Below, piece by piece: positions 36,680-49,962 of a stretch of DNA of 64,000 bases; the first letter of the stretch is position 1; every line of letters starts with the position of its first letter. Source of the DNA: Antechinus flavipes (taxonomy: Eukaryota); NCBI RefSeq assembly GCF_016432865.1, contig NC_067400.1, positions 556,698,001-556,762,000 on the forward strand, written 5' to 3'. Under the pieces are notes generated by a model. The model saw only the letters and a program-made list of their open reading frames with translations, was not told the DNA's origin and searched no databases. The translations under genes and the position numbers were made by a program.

Positions 36680-37290
36680 AGAGGTATGTAATTCAGTCAA
36701 CATGATCTATCTTGACTTGGTCTAATTCATAAAATTGACTTTCACATTGGATTTGTTTCAATCACAGATCAGTGAACTTCCTCTTAGCCTTGATCCATAT
36801 GGGACATTATTCCTGGTCCTTTCTTGCTGGGTTTTGTGAACAGTTTATATATGCTATCTCATTTTATCCTCTGTGCAGTATTTTCACTAATGTGTTGAAT
36901 GAAAGCATAAATGGAATTCTTGTCAAATATGTAAATGATAGAAAGCATTATGGGAAAGCTAACAGATCAGATGTCAAAACCAGACCCCCCCAAATTCTTC
37001 CACTACTACTAGAATATTGAATCAAGTTAAATCTAATAGGATGTCATCAAACAGGAACAATGTAAAATCCCTACATTAGGGCCACTTGTGTGAAAGCTAA
37101 AAAAAAAAGTCAACATGACTTTAATTGAGGAACAGCATCCAAACAAAGAAAGTGCTAGTCTTGCGGTATTCCATCTTCAATTTATATTTTTTAAAAGGAT
37201 ACTGAGAAGCTGGTGAGCATACTGAATAGGACATCCCTGATAGTGAAGGCACTTCGTGCCAGATGAGGATCTGATGAAGGAAACAGGAGC
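36680..37290 (+). mobile_element. L3/CR1 LINE RT fragment
   Basis: Translated LNESINGILVKYVNDRK resembles the CR1 RT ...L.KFADDTK region. Confidence 0.6.
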
Positions 37291-37351
37291 AATGGTTAGA
37301 GATGCTAAGAGGAAGAAAAGAAGGAAAAAAGGAGGGAAAAGAGAAAGAGGA

Positions 37352-37406
37352 AAGGAAGGAAGGAAGGAAGGAAGGAAGGAAGGAAGGAAGGAAGGAAGGA
37401 AGGAAG
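37352..37406. repeat. (GGAA)n microsatellite
   Basis: Direct reading. Confidence 0.95.
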
Positions 37407-38859
37407 GGAGGGTGAAAGAAGGATTAAGCATTTACTATGTCCTGATACTGTGCTAAACATTGGACATAAAAATACAATAAAACAGGAAGATTCTCTGTCC
37501 TTAAGGAACTTATAGTCTAGTGGAGAAATACAACACACAAAAGGCAACTGAAAGGGAGGAGAGGGAGATGGCCTGTCATGAGTATGCCAGGAACCAGGAG
37601 CAAGACCAAGGGGAAAATGAAAGCCAATCTAGGCTTTTCCAGAAAATGGAGGTCCCAGAAAAAACTCATCAGTGGGAGAAGGGGGCAGTTTTTACAGAGG
37701 GATAATCCAAGTTAAGGAGGCTAGAAGGCTAATTGAATGTTCCAGAGTGATGAGAACCTGGATACTGAGAGAAATTTCAGGATGAGGTCATCACAGAGAC
37801 ATGATTTTGAAGTCCTCAATCTAGGATGAAGACACAGATCAGAAAAGAATTTCTATTATCTCATTTAAGGTTCCCTTAACCTCTAAGATTTCAGTGTTTG
37901 ACCCAGGCTTGTCTAGGCATTCCCAATCATCTAGCATGGAAGTGCTCTTGAAGTCATTTTGGAGCAAGTCCACAGAGCCTACCATGGAGTTCTCTGTATC
38001 CCCATTCCTTGAGTGAGGATGGCTTCTTTTGAATGACTTCCTGTATCTTACTTGCTACAGCCAGAGAATGAAAATCCAAATTAATTCACAGTATATACAC
38101 CAAAAACTGAATTGCTCCCTCTTCTACAACTGTTCCAAGAAAAGGAGTTGGGAATGATTGTACCTATTCAGTTTTTGTCTTTCTCAGCTTCTAAGTGCCA
38201 TCTATAATCTTCATGGGACCCAAGAGTTCAAGCCTGGTGATTCCAAGAGAGATTCCAGGAGGTGATGTTCAGGAGAGCCACCTAAACACGGAAGTCTTGA
38301 GAAGTAAGGGCGTCTGGAATCTGAGTCTCTTCGACCACACACATACACTCCAATGAGAATGGTGCAGAGTTTGAATGTGGAATCTGAACTATGGTCTGTA
38401 ATATCAAACTAAATTATGACTTAAACCCCTTCCCCTCCCCAGTGATGGAGATACTACAAAGTGAGGGGACAGAACTCTGTACAAGATAAAAACCTCATGA
38501 ATTAACACTGGAGAACTATTTGGAAAGTTCCATCCCCAAATCCCTATTTCTTTCTCAGAAAAAAAAAAAAAAACTCATTAACTAGTTGTTAATAGTCTGC
38601 CTTATTCTAATGAAGTCTTTGACCTTGGCAGCAATCATAAAGGGGACATTGCTCCCATGAAGTCTTCAGTTTCTTAATCTGAATTTCACATCTTCAGCAA
38701 TGCTTTCTGTGTTACTTCTAGCAGTAGATTTTCTGCCAATGTGAATGACCAGACATATATAGTAATCATCTGTACTTTCTCTTACTTATGAATAGGCACC
38801 AGAAGGAAAAAAAAAAACAGGATTTTCTATTTCTATTGTTGGTTTTAAATCAAGAAATA

Positions 38860-39215
38860 GTAATCATCAGTTCCAATGGCCTTGTGATGGAGAGAGCGAT
38901 CTGCACCCAGAGAGGAGTCTATGGGGACTGAATGTGAATCACAGCATAGCATTTTCACTTTTTGTTGTTGTTTGCTTGCATTTTGTCTTTCTCAATTTTT
39001 CTCTTTTGGATCTGATTTTTCTTGTGCAGCATGATAATGTGGAAATATGTATAGAAGAATTGCACATGTTTAACATGTGCCATTTAGAGGAGAGAGTGGA
39101 GGGGAGGGAGAAAAAAATTGGGAGCACAAGGTTTTGCAAAGGTGAATGCTGAAAACTATTTATGCATGTGTTTTGAAATAAAAGGCTTTAATAAAAAAAA
39201 AGAAATTAAAAAAAA
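38860..39215 (+). mobile_element. L1 3' UTR fragment
   Basis: ATCTGCACCCAGAGAGGAGTCTATGGGGACTGAATGTG...GCTTTAATAAAAAAA; homologous to 7690-8110. Confidence 0.8.
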
Positions 39216-39359
39216 TAGTGGCCTCAGTACCACTCAGTAGGAAGTCACAAATCACCACCACTTAACTTTTCTTTCAACTCATAAGAAAACCTTACATCTA
39301 GTGTAATTTATAGACCTACATCATCATTCCTGAGAGGACAAATGGCTTCTATACCCAAG

Positions 39360-39600
39360 CAGGGAGGTGGCATAGTGGATAGGGCTTCAGGCCTGGAGTC
39401 AGGAAGTCCTAAGTTCAAATTTAGCCTCAAACACTCAGGAGATGCATGATCCCAAGCAAGTCATTTAACCCTTGCCTGTCTCCATTTCCTCAATTGGAAA
39501 AGGGGAAAACAGTAACATCTACCTGCCAGAATTTGTGAGAATCAAATAAGATGATATTTGTAAACCACTTAGCGTGGTGCTTACTAAATACTTATTTCCT
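39360..39600 (+). mobile_element. MIR/CORE-SINE
   Basis: GGCATAGTGGATAGGG...GGAGTCAGGAAG...CAAGTCATTTAACC. Confidence 0.75.
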
Positions 39601-41663
39601 TTTCTCCAAAAAATCTAGTTTCCTCATCTTAAGGAAGAGACACATATAAGTTTCTATGCTGCTAGGATACAATTAGAATCTTATCCCTTGAGTCAAGGAA
39701 GTCACTGAAGTTGCCCAGTCCTGGGGTCTAGACCAAAAGTGAGGAGGTGAGGGGTAGCAGGAAGTCAGCATTTTAGTGGGAAGGAAACAAAATGGTGAAG
39801 GATCATATTGGGGTAGAAGAATAGATGAGGCCTGACTATTTGCTTTTAAGAACAAAAGAGAATAGATGGCAAGAAAACTAAAAGAGAAAGGTTAGATATA
39901 AGTCCAGCTCCCAGTCAGATAAATCAATATTGGAATTACACAAAAGGAAAAAGTAAGCAAGAAACCTATAAAGGAAATGATATCATGAATAGCTGTTATG
40001 TAAAGAAATACCAGAACTGAAAAACTCCAAATTAAAAAAAAATAAATCAAGGCAATCTGGGGACCTCAGAAATCAATTTATAAACTCATGCACACATAAA
40101 TCTAGAGTTGAAAGGAAGTTCCAAGTTTATCTAGCACAAATACTTATTTTGTATATGAAGAACCTAAGGCCAAGAGAAGGGAAGTGACCCACAGTCACAA
40201 TGTATTATCAATTTAGACCTGGAAGACATCAAAGGGATCATCTAAGCAAAATTCCTAATTTTATAGTTGAGGAAACTGAAATTAAGAGAAATGAAATGAC
40301 TTGCCCAAGAACACTCAGGTAAGTAAGCATCAGGAACAAGATTTGAATACAAATCTTCTTCGGACATAAAATTCAACTCTCTGGACCATATGATCCAATC
40401 TCTCCCATAGTATAGGAATCTTCTCTACAATATTCCTGACAAAGAGGTCTTCATCAAGCCTCTGTTTGAATGCTTCCAATATTTTTTTTTCCTGGTATGG
40501 AACAATCATGAACACCTTATCCCAATTCAATATGAAAACCTCACATGAAAAAAAATTATTTAGAACTTTTTTGTCTGACATTGAGCTTCTTGTTTTATTT
40601 TCATGAAACCTTCCTTGTCTAGTTCTAATTTTAGCCTAGCTATTCTCTCAATATCATTGTGTCTCCATGATCAGAGTGAGTAATTAATTACCTAGATAAT
40701 TGATCCCCAGATGAGTAGAAGATTTCGTTCTAAAGGCTTTTCTTTTTTCAGTCTACTCTGTACCTTGGAGGCTTCACACATTTCATGGACTCATAAAATG
40801 AAGCTCTTTGCCCACATTTACCCACCTACAGCGAAGGACACACAAATGTCAAAACACCAGGGACCTACTTATAGAGTTTCCAAAGAGTCTCCTTTTCTTT
40901 TGGTAAGTGTCTATGATCCAGATTTTGGGACCAAGTCTTCTTGGAACAAGTCCTACATTCTAATATCCATCACAGTTCCCATTTTTAGCCTCACATCTTA
41001 ATTCTTACTTATCTCTTAGACTTTGTCTTTGCTGGAAAAGAGGATACAACTTTTCCCTATCTCTTCCCCTCATAAAAGATATAGAGGGACCTGATTGAGA
41101 TTGAAAAAGAATTAAAAAGGATTCCTGTCTAGGATTCAGGAAACCCAGTTCAATCAGGTAGCTGCTGAAGAGAAGGGGGAAGAGGATAAAGAAAGAGAGT
41201 AGAACAAGGAAAGGTGAAAAGAGAAAAAAAGGTTAGGGGAATTATTAGCAAGTTTGGTTGTTAGAGGGATTTTTTGTTTCTTTTGATTTTGGGAATGGGG
41301 CAGTACTAACTTCTGAAGCATTGTTGAAGTACTTCTGTTCCTCTTTAGAGCACTCCAAACTACCCTCTGGTTCCAGTTTGAAATTGTTTTCTCCATAAGC
41401 ACCTGAAACTTGACTCAGAAGTATTGAATACAATATTACCCCAGATTATTTTGAGTTTTCTCTCTGTGTCCTGATAAAGTCCAAGGAATGCCCCAGTGTT
41501 CAAGTTTTTCTCAGTTATTTGTCTCTAATTAATCAACATCTCAAGATCTCCACAACCGGCTTTGAATAACATTCTGGTTATCCAGTTGAATGTAATCTCT
41601 GTGAGAGCAGAGACTATTTTTCTTTTTATCTTTGTATCCCTATCTATGATAAATAGGTAGATA

Positions 41664-41666
<3 letters not shown>

Positions 41667-41704
<38 letters not shown>
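41667..41704. repeat. (TG)19 microsatellite
   Basis: Direct reading. Confidence 0.95.
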
Positions 41705-41706
<2 letters not shown>

Positions 41707-42891
41707 TGTGTGTCTGTGTATGTTTTATGGCTACAAATTGCTTTGTATACCTTAAATCAGTTTGCCCTCATAATAAATATGTGAAATACTTCACATGTAT
41801 ATACCACCACATATATAGCTCTGTTTCTCATTGAGTGGGGAGGGATGGGAAGGAGAAGAAAAATTTGGAACTCAATTTTTAAAAAATGAATGGTAAATAA
41901 ACAAGTACATGCATTAGTATCATTAACTTCCTTTTTTATATGTGAGGACACAGGTTCAGAGTGATGAATGTTACATAAGCAGTAAGTGGGAGAACTGTTC
42001 CTCATATTCAGGTATTCTGACTATTGAGAGCTAACTTAGCAAATATCCGGGACATAGTAAGTTTTTGATAAATGCTTTCTTCTTTATGCCTTTCTTTTTT
42101 CTTTTTTCCATTCTTATCCCATTCTCTTCTTTCTTTCCTCATTCTTATTTTTATCTCTTTTTTTCTCTTATACAAAACTGTTTCTCATAAAATAGGAAAG
42201 ATACTATGGAGTGGTAACATTCTAATGCTCTAAAACTTAAGTCCAGCATCACCCTCTTTTGATTTTTGAATCACACTTTGAAGACCATCATGTATGTTTA
42301 ACTATAAGAGCCCAATGGGAAAGGGAATAATCAGTTATTTGCAGGCACTGTGCTAATCCTCACAACCACCATATATAAAGGAACTGCTAGTAGGTTCCTT
42401 CATATTACAGTCTCATATTACAGTTGAGGAAACTGAGGTAGATAGAGATTAAGTGACCTGCCAAGGGACACACAGCTAGTAAGTATCAGAGAAGATTTAA
42501 ATTTAAATCTTCCTGACTCCAGGTTCAGCATTCTATCCACCATGCTACCCAGTAGCCTAGGGATGAGACTCTCTCTACTCCTTTCCTTTCATCTGCCCTC
42601 TCTGGACACCCTGTGCATAAGATCACAAATTTCTATATGAACATTTCTATGTAGATTAGTTAATCCAAACTTCTCATTTGACCATTGTAGAACCGGAGAA
42701 GTTCACTAATTTATACAAGATCCTATAAACAGTTAAATGAAAGAGGCAGAATTTGAAACCTACTCCTCTGGTTCCAAAGTCAGTGTTCTTTACAGTGAGC
42801 CCACAGAGTCCTGTTGGCAGTAGTCCCTGGCTGATTAACATTTTGCTTACAATCCTTTAGGAAATTCTGGTCTTATAGGACAAGTTCTGCA

Positions 42892-43848
42892 ATGCAAGGT
42901 CTCAACAACTCCTTCGCATTCACTCCTCAGACCTTCATTCTGGTTGGGATCCCTGGCCTGGAAGCGGAGCACATCAGAATTTCTATTCCCTTCTGCCTGA
43001 TGTACACTATCATCTTCCTGGGTAATGGCATTATTCTCCATGTAATTCGGGTTGACCAAACTCTTCATCAGCCCATGTATCTTTTCTTGGCCATGTTGGC
43101 ATCAGTTGAGCTCGGTGTCACCACGTGTACACTGCCTACTGTCTTGGGCATCTTCCTCTTTGGCAACAATGAAATCAGCTTTGAAGCCTGCCTGTTCCAG
43201 ATGTTCTTTATGCACTCTTTTACCATGATGGAGTCAGGAGTCTTACTGGCCATGTCTGTGGACCGCTTCATAGCCATCTACAACCCACTGTGCTACATGG
43301 CCATCCTGACCCTACCTCGAATTGCCTGCACAGGGATTGCCATTGGGCTAAAGACCTTGGGGCTCATGCTTCCACTGCCCTTACTCTTAAGGCGCTTGCC
43401 TTTCTGTGGGCACAATACTCTGTCCCATTCTTATTGCCTACACTCAGACCTGATCAAGTTGCCTTGTGGAAACACCCGCCCAAACAGCATCCTGGGGCTC
43501 TTCATTGTCATCTTCACCTTTGGAGTAGACTCAATGCTCATCGTGGTCTCTTATGTACTTATCCTTCGAACAGTGCTGGGCATTGCCTCCAAGGAAGGTC
43601 GATGGAAGGCACTTAACACATGTGTGTCACATATCTGTGCTGTGCTTGCATACTATGTACCCGTGATTAGTCTTTCCGTGTTACATCGTTTCATGCACCC
43701 TATGCCTCCCCTGCTGCAGGTCATGATGGCCAATGCTTACCTCTTATTCCCACCTGTGGTCAACCCAATTGTCTACAGTGTCAAGACCAAAGAAATACGC
43801 CGAGCTATTGTGCAAACACTGTCCAGGAAGAGGGTCACGGTCAGCTAA
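42892..43848 (+). CDS. Class I olfactory receptor, OR51J1-like, intact frame (318 aa)
   Basis: N-terminus TFILVGIPGLEAEH.RISIPF..YTIIFLGNGIILHVIR matches recalled OR51J1; MSVDRF, SHSYCLH, KALNTCVSH, HRF, PPVVNPIVYS. Confidence 0.93.
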   Translation: MQGLNNSFAFTPQTFILVGIPGLEAEHIRISIPFCLMYTIIFLGNGIILHVIRVDQTLHQPMYLFLAMLASVELGVTTCTLPTVLGIFLFGNNEISFEACLFQMFFMHSFTMMESGVLLAMSVDRFIAIYNPLCYMAILTLPRIACTGIAIGLKTLGLMLPLPLLLRRLPFCGHNTLSHSYCLHSDLIKLPCGNTRPNSILGLFIVIFTFGVDSMLIVVSYVLILRTVLGIASKEGRWKALNTCVSHICAVLAYYVPVISLSVLHRFMHPMPPLLQVMMANAYLLFPPVVNPIVYSVKTKEIRRAIVQTLSRKRVTVS

Positions 43849-44052
43849 GGATAAATAGTGGAAAGATCACACAGGGAATTTTAGATTAAGCTCAAATAGG
43901 CTGTGGCATTCATGTGAGAATTTTTCTTTGGATTTCTTTTTGAAAGTAAGACTTTGACATCAATCTGGGGAGGCTTTCAGAATATGATAGCAACTCAATT
44001 GTTATATTGTGACCCAAGTCATTTGCATTTATCATCAATTGTTCCACCTTCC

Positions 44053-44054
<2 letters not shown>

Positions 44055-44086
<32 letters not shown>
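44055..44086. repeat. (TG)16 microsatellite
   Basis: Direct reading. Confidence 0.95.
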
Positions 44087-44089
<3 letters not shown>

Positions 44090-45889
44090 GGCTAGGCAGA
44101 GTAGGGGAAGAGGAAAGGAGAAGGATAGGAGGAAGAATTAATGAATGAATAAAAAAAAACATTTACTAATTGCTGACTATGTGCAAAACACATATGTGCT
44201 AGGGGTTGGGGATCCATCAACAAACAAAATAATTAATGTTCTCAAGGATCTCACTTTCTACTTGAGAAGACAACATATAAGGGGGATTTTCACTATAAGC
44301 CAAACAGAAAAGTCCTTAGATATCAGCTATAAAATAGTTGGTAATGCATTTTCTTTAATGTTATTTCCACTAACAAAGATATCTCTTTCCATTGTTAAAC
44401 CATTTGATAGTGAAAAAGGCTGGTGGTAAAAAAAAAACTTTATTTCCCAGTTCTTCAGTAACTATGGCTACCGATGTGGTAAGGGAATGCCACAGCTGCA
44501 GAAACAGTTGTCGAGTAACAATTCCACATGGATTCATCACTAAGTGGTGGCAATAAGAGATGATTTGGAAGCAGGGATGAAACTTTGGGGAGAGAATAGG
44601 TTGGTACTTTTGTTTCTAAATTCTTGAGGTTAGAGTCTTGAATTGTCTACCCTGAACTCCTTACCCACTTTCCTTTCCCTCCCTACTTCACCCATCGTCA
44701 ACTATCTTTTTTATGCTTTTGTGTCTTTCTTGTATGCGTGTATATGTGTATGTATGTTTTAGGGTGAAGGTCTTGGAGGATCATGTCTGGGAATAAAAAG
44801 AAAATTATTAAAATACATAAAAATGATTACTTCAAATAAATAAGAATAAAAATGCAAAGCAAAACAACCCTAACATCTCATCTCACATGCAGAAAATTGG
44901 TAAAGATGAAAAAAGAAGAGAATAATCAGTGTTGGACATGGAGAATCTGTGAAATGACAGGAACACTGATGAACTACTATTAAAATTGTAAAGTGCTCTA
45001 ACTATTCTGTAAAACAATTTGGAATTATGTTAAGAAATGCAAATGAAAACAACCCTGAACTTTTACTTCATAACAATTGCAAAGGTGAAAATATATATTG
45101 GAGAGGGATTGTAAATTGACAAACAAATTAATACACTGTTGCTGGGGCTATAAATTGTTACAAAAGGTACCTAGGATAGTTATATCCTTTGATTCAGAAT
45201 TCTTACTGCTAGGAGTACACTAAGAAAGTCAGAGACAGAAATGAAAGTTTTATGCACACCAAAATATAGATAGTAGTATTTTCCTTGAGATAAATTGCAT
45301 TCACCTTCTCCTGATAGCCAGTTGATACCAGTTGAAAACACAGTAAATATCTACCTACTGAGAAATGGCTATATAAATTTTCATACATTGCTAAATCATA
45401 AGAAAAATGAATGTAAAGAAAAAAATGTGAAAACATGAACTGATACAAAGTGAAGTCAGCAGAACCAATTAAATGATTTTAAAATGATCATAATGTAAGT
45501 GAAAAAGTATAATAAGCACAAGAACATTACAGTTAAAATTACCAAGAAGATTTTTAAAAATACACTTCCCTATCTCCCTTGCAGAGGTAAAGGATTATTT
45601 GAGCATTGTTGTTGTGCTAGTTTTGCTTTAATGTCTTTATCTCTCTCCTTTTTATATTGTTGCTAGAAGGATAGGAGAAAGGAGAGAGCTATATTTGGAA
45701 ATAAATGTGATACAAACTTAAAAAAAAAACTATTTCCAAAGTTAAAATAGGACATTTAAAGCAAATATTAGCTATTATTATATTTTCAAAATCTTAAAAA
45801 AATAAAGTTTTTATTTTTATTTTTAAATTGGGTACAAAAGTTAAAAGAAGAAATAAGTAATGATTAAGAGTTTACTATGTGTCATCATT

Positions 45890-46640
45890 GTGTATGTAGT
45901 AGTGTATGCCCTTTGACTTAGCAGTCTCACTGCTGGATCTGTATCACAAGGAGATCATAAAAGAGGGAGGGGGTATCCACTCGTGTACAGGTGTTTGTGG
46001 CAGCTTTTCTGTGGTGGCAAGGAACCAGACAGTGAGTGAAGAAGGAAAGACCTTCAGTTAGGAAATGACTTGGATAATAAGTGTGTAAATGTAACGGGAT
46101 ATTGGTGTTTTATGGGAAGTGATGAGGAAGCCAATTTCAGAGAGGCCTGAAAAGATTTTCATGAGCTGGTGCTGGGTGAGATAAGCAGAACTAGAACACT
46201 GTACACAGTAACAAAAAATTATGTGATGATCAACTGGGATAGCTTTGGTTCTTGTCAGCAATGTGGTGATTCATGGCAATTCCTATTGCTTTGGAGTGGA
46301 AAATGCCATCCACATCCAGAGAAAGAACTATGGAAACTGAATATGAATTAAAGCATAGTAATTTCACCTTTGTTTGTTTGTTTCTCCATGGTTTTTACCT
46401 TTTGGTCTGATGTTTCTTGCACAACATGACAAATATGGAAATATGTTTAAAAAGACTGCACATATATAATCATTATCAAATTGTTTGCTATCTTGGGGAA
46501 GGGGGAGATAAGGGAAGGAGGGAGAAAAAAACTGGAACAAAAAGTCTTAAAAATGAATGTTGAAAAAATAAATTTTAAAAATGAATGTTGAAAACTATAT
46601 TTACAAGTTATTGGAAAAATACTATTGAAAATAAAAAAGA
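45890..46640 (+). mobile_element. L1 ORF2 end/3' UTR fragment
   Basis: TATGCCCTTTGACTTAGCAGTCTCACTGCTGG...GAAAGAACTATGGAAACTGAATATG; older L1 pieces at ~44850-45720. Confidence 0.75.
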
Positions 46641-47869
46641 AACCTCAAAGTTATATGATATTATTGTTCCCAATTTTCATTAGGAGAAACTTAAGCAAAC
46701 AAAAGTTATGTGACTTTCTCAGGGTTATACGGCTACTAAGTATCTGAGACTGAATTCAAACTCAAGTTTTTCTTGACTCTAAGCTTAGCATTTTATTGAC
46801 TATACCACTTAGACTCTGTGGAACAGTATAAAATGTAAGAAGACTAGAAATGTAGAAAGGGACCATTGCAGATTTTTGTGGGCATAAATACATTCTAATA
46901 TACTGTTGGTGGAACTATGAATTGGTGTAGCCCTAATTTATAATTATGCTTAACAAAAAGTGAATAAAATGTCCATCTTTGGCTCAGAAATCCAACTGAA
47001 AGGGAGATACACTAAGATGTTCAAAGATAGAAGAAAAGGTCTCATGCCTATCAAAATACTAGTAGTACTTTTTGTTTTCTTTAAACATGGTTAGATGGGA
47101 TCTTTAGAAAGATCACATTGGAAATTAAAGGAAGAATATGCTGGTGTGGGGAGAGACCTGAGAAAAGAGATCATCCAGGAGACTATTATAATAAGCTGGG
47201 CATGAAATACTGAGAGCCAGAAGACCTTAATGGTCTTCCTGATGGTATCCCTATACTTGTCTCAGGCTATACCCTTTTCATATGAGTCATTTGTATGTAC
47301 TTGAGTTATGCTTCCTTGATGGATGCAATAACATCTGCAGATAGCTGTGGGGGAGATGTAGTAAAGCTTTAAATCAAGAAGCCTTTGTTTTAGATCTTGA
47401 ATATGTCTTCTTAATAGGTAAAAACACCCTCAATGATTGCCTGGCTATATAGGAAAGGTGGATAGCTGAGTTTTGAAAAACTTTGTTTTCCCCAGGCAAA
47501 ATAACCTCTGAGAGAAAGGAAATAGAATTGTAAGATTTTTACTTTACCTTCCCCTCCCTATTGGCAACAACAGGATAAATGGGAAAGAAGGAGAAAAGAA
47601 AAAACATGTATATGGTGCCTACTGTACCCCAAGAACTATGTTAAAAGTATGTGTATATGTGTGTATGTGTCTATGTATGTTCTTAACAAATATCATGTCA
47701 TTTGACTTTCATAACAATTCTGGAGAACAGTATTATTATTATCTCCATTTTATAGTTGCGGAAACTGAGCCAAACAAAAGTTGTGACTTGTCCAGAGTCA
47801 TATAGCTAGAGTGACTAAAGCTGGTTTTGAATTCAGATCATCCTGATTATAGTCTGATCCTATTTTAAA

Positions 47870-48430
47870 TGAGGTCTTTACTATCTAATAGATTTCCTTC
47901 TAATTGTCCTGCCTCAGTTTCCCTTAAATTGTTCTTCCTCAGTTCCTAATTGTTCTGCTTCAATCCCCCTGATTGCAACACCACCCTTCCCTCCTGATCA
48001 TTAGAACTGATATAATTTAGGGCTGACCACACTAAGATTATAAATTGTAAATGTTTAATCTAGATAAGGAGAAAGACCTATCTTAGACATCATGACCCTA
48101 GACCTTCCCTACTTATCAGAATATTTGGTGTCTCCCCCAATTCTGTCATTGTTTTTCTTGATCTCAACTTATCAGAATGTCCAGTGTCTCCCCCCATCCT
48201 GTCAGAACTAGGTTGATAGACCCTTCCCTCTCTGACTCCTCCATGTCTTGGTCTATCCCTCTATCTTGGAGACATGTGTATATATATTTCATGGAAACCT
48301 CACGTTCTCTGCTGGATGCTTTGAGACATCAGCCCTGGAGACAACATGCCCCCAGCACAATCTCTCTCTTTCAAATAAAATATTAAAAACTCTCTAAACT
48401 CAATCTTGCCTCAGTTTCTCCTGCATTACA
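47870..48430 (+). mobile_element. ERV solo LTR (family A)
   Basis: Shares the CTGCCTCAGTTTC repeats and the 3' end CAAATAAAATATTAAAAACTCTCTAA...GCATTACA with 3840-4447; 5' end and TSD not resolved. Confidence 0.75.
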
Positions 48431-49428
48431 ATACAGGGAATTTTCATAAGACTAACCAGAAAAATTAATTTCCCCCAGGAAGAACCTAGACTACAACTTC
48501 TATGATTGCAAGCTTTGCACACTCACCCCATTTCCATTTTGCCATAGAATACCACTGTTTAGTTCTGTACTCCAAGCTGCCCTAAAAAACTATAAAAATC
48601 CAAGATGTATTCCATTGAAGCTGCTTTTATCTCTACAGCTCTTCTTTAGTGTACTAATAAATTAATTTTCCTCCAGTTTGGCTACTCATTTTTCCACTCA
48701 TAATTTTGCATATTTCATTCTGGATTAAGATCTTCCCTGAGCTCTCTAGATTCTGTCTTCCTGGAAAATGAGGGTGGGAAACTCCCACAAAACCTGATTA
48801 AATCCTAGAAAAGAGGGCAGGCATATCCACTAGAGATATTTTGAGGCATTCACATAGATTTGAGTTAGACTAGACACTTCAAAACAAATGTGTGCTGGGA
48901 AGGTGAAACCTGTACATCCACACAGCCAATAGGACAATCCACACTACACTCTTCAGTCTACCCTAGAGATGCTGACTTTGGAAGGGAGCTACATGAAGAT
49001 GAGAATGGAAGGAGAAAGTCATGGAGAACTGGAGGCCCTTTTGCTTTCATCTCTAGACACCTATTGAAAAACTATACTTTGATATTAGAGAATATCATGG
49101 TTCTGGCAAAATAAGTCAAAATAAGTTATTTGCAGCCATAATTTTCAACCAACAACTTGAAGGTCTAAACCAAAGAACCTCATTGCCAGAAATTGCACGG
49201 GCCTTAACAGAAAAGTGAGACTACAGAGAGTAACAATAATTTCTCCACAAATCCCGTGAGATAGTCAAATAATATGGCAAAAAGGCAGCATATTTAGTCA
49301 GAGAAGCTGGATTTAAGTTAAAGGTCTGCTTTGCTACATGCTGTATAACCTTGAATAAAGCAAGTAACCTGGCTTGGTCTCAGTTAACATATTTAAAATG
49401 GGGTGAGGAGGTAAAAGAAGAGAGCTTT

Positions 49429-49488
49429 TGTAATGCCAGAGAAACTGAAGCAAGATAGAGATTAGAGAGTTTTTAATATTTTATTTGG
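49429..49488 (-). mobile_element. 3'-end fragment of LTR family A
   Basis: TGTAATGCCAGAGAAACTGAAGCAAGATAGAGATTAGAGAG is the reverse complement of the LTR end. Confidence 0.75.
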
Positions 49489-49962
49489 ATTTCTGAAAGG
49501 AAGAGATTGTGCCCCCAGTGTTGATTTCCAAAATATATATTTTCTGACAACACATCTACTATTGACTGGTTCTATTTGTATATCACTCAGTATTTCTTTC
49601 TCTAAGCATTTTCTGTTTTCTTAAAAACTCTATCTGGATATCACCTCTAGAAAACCTTTTTCTGATTCTCCAGCAATTAGTACTCTTACCTACTTCTACC
49701 CTTCCTACAAATCACCTGGTTTTACTTCTCTGAACATATATTGTATGCTCTACCTCTTCTACTCCTAGAATGTAAGCTGTTCTGAAAAGAGGAATTATTT
49801 TATTTATGGATCCCAACTGGCTAGCATAGAGCATTATAAATAGTCTTCATTATTTGAATGAATGTGTGATCTCTTGGATAAGGGATATTTCCTTCCTAGG
49901 AGCATACTGAGACCCATGCCTTTTCTTTCTATACTATTATTTTCAAGATTATTCAATAGATC

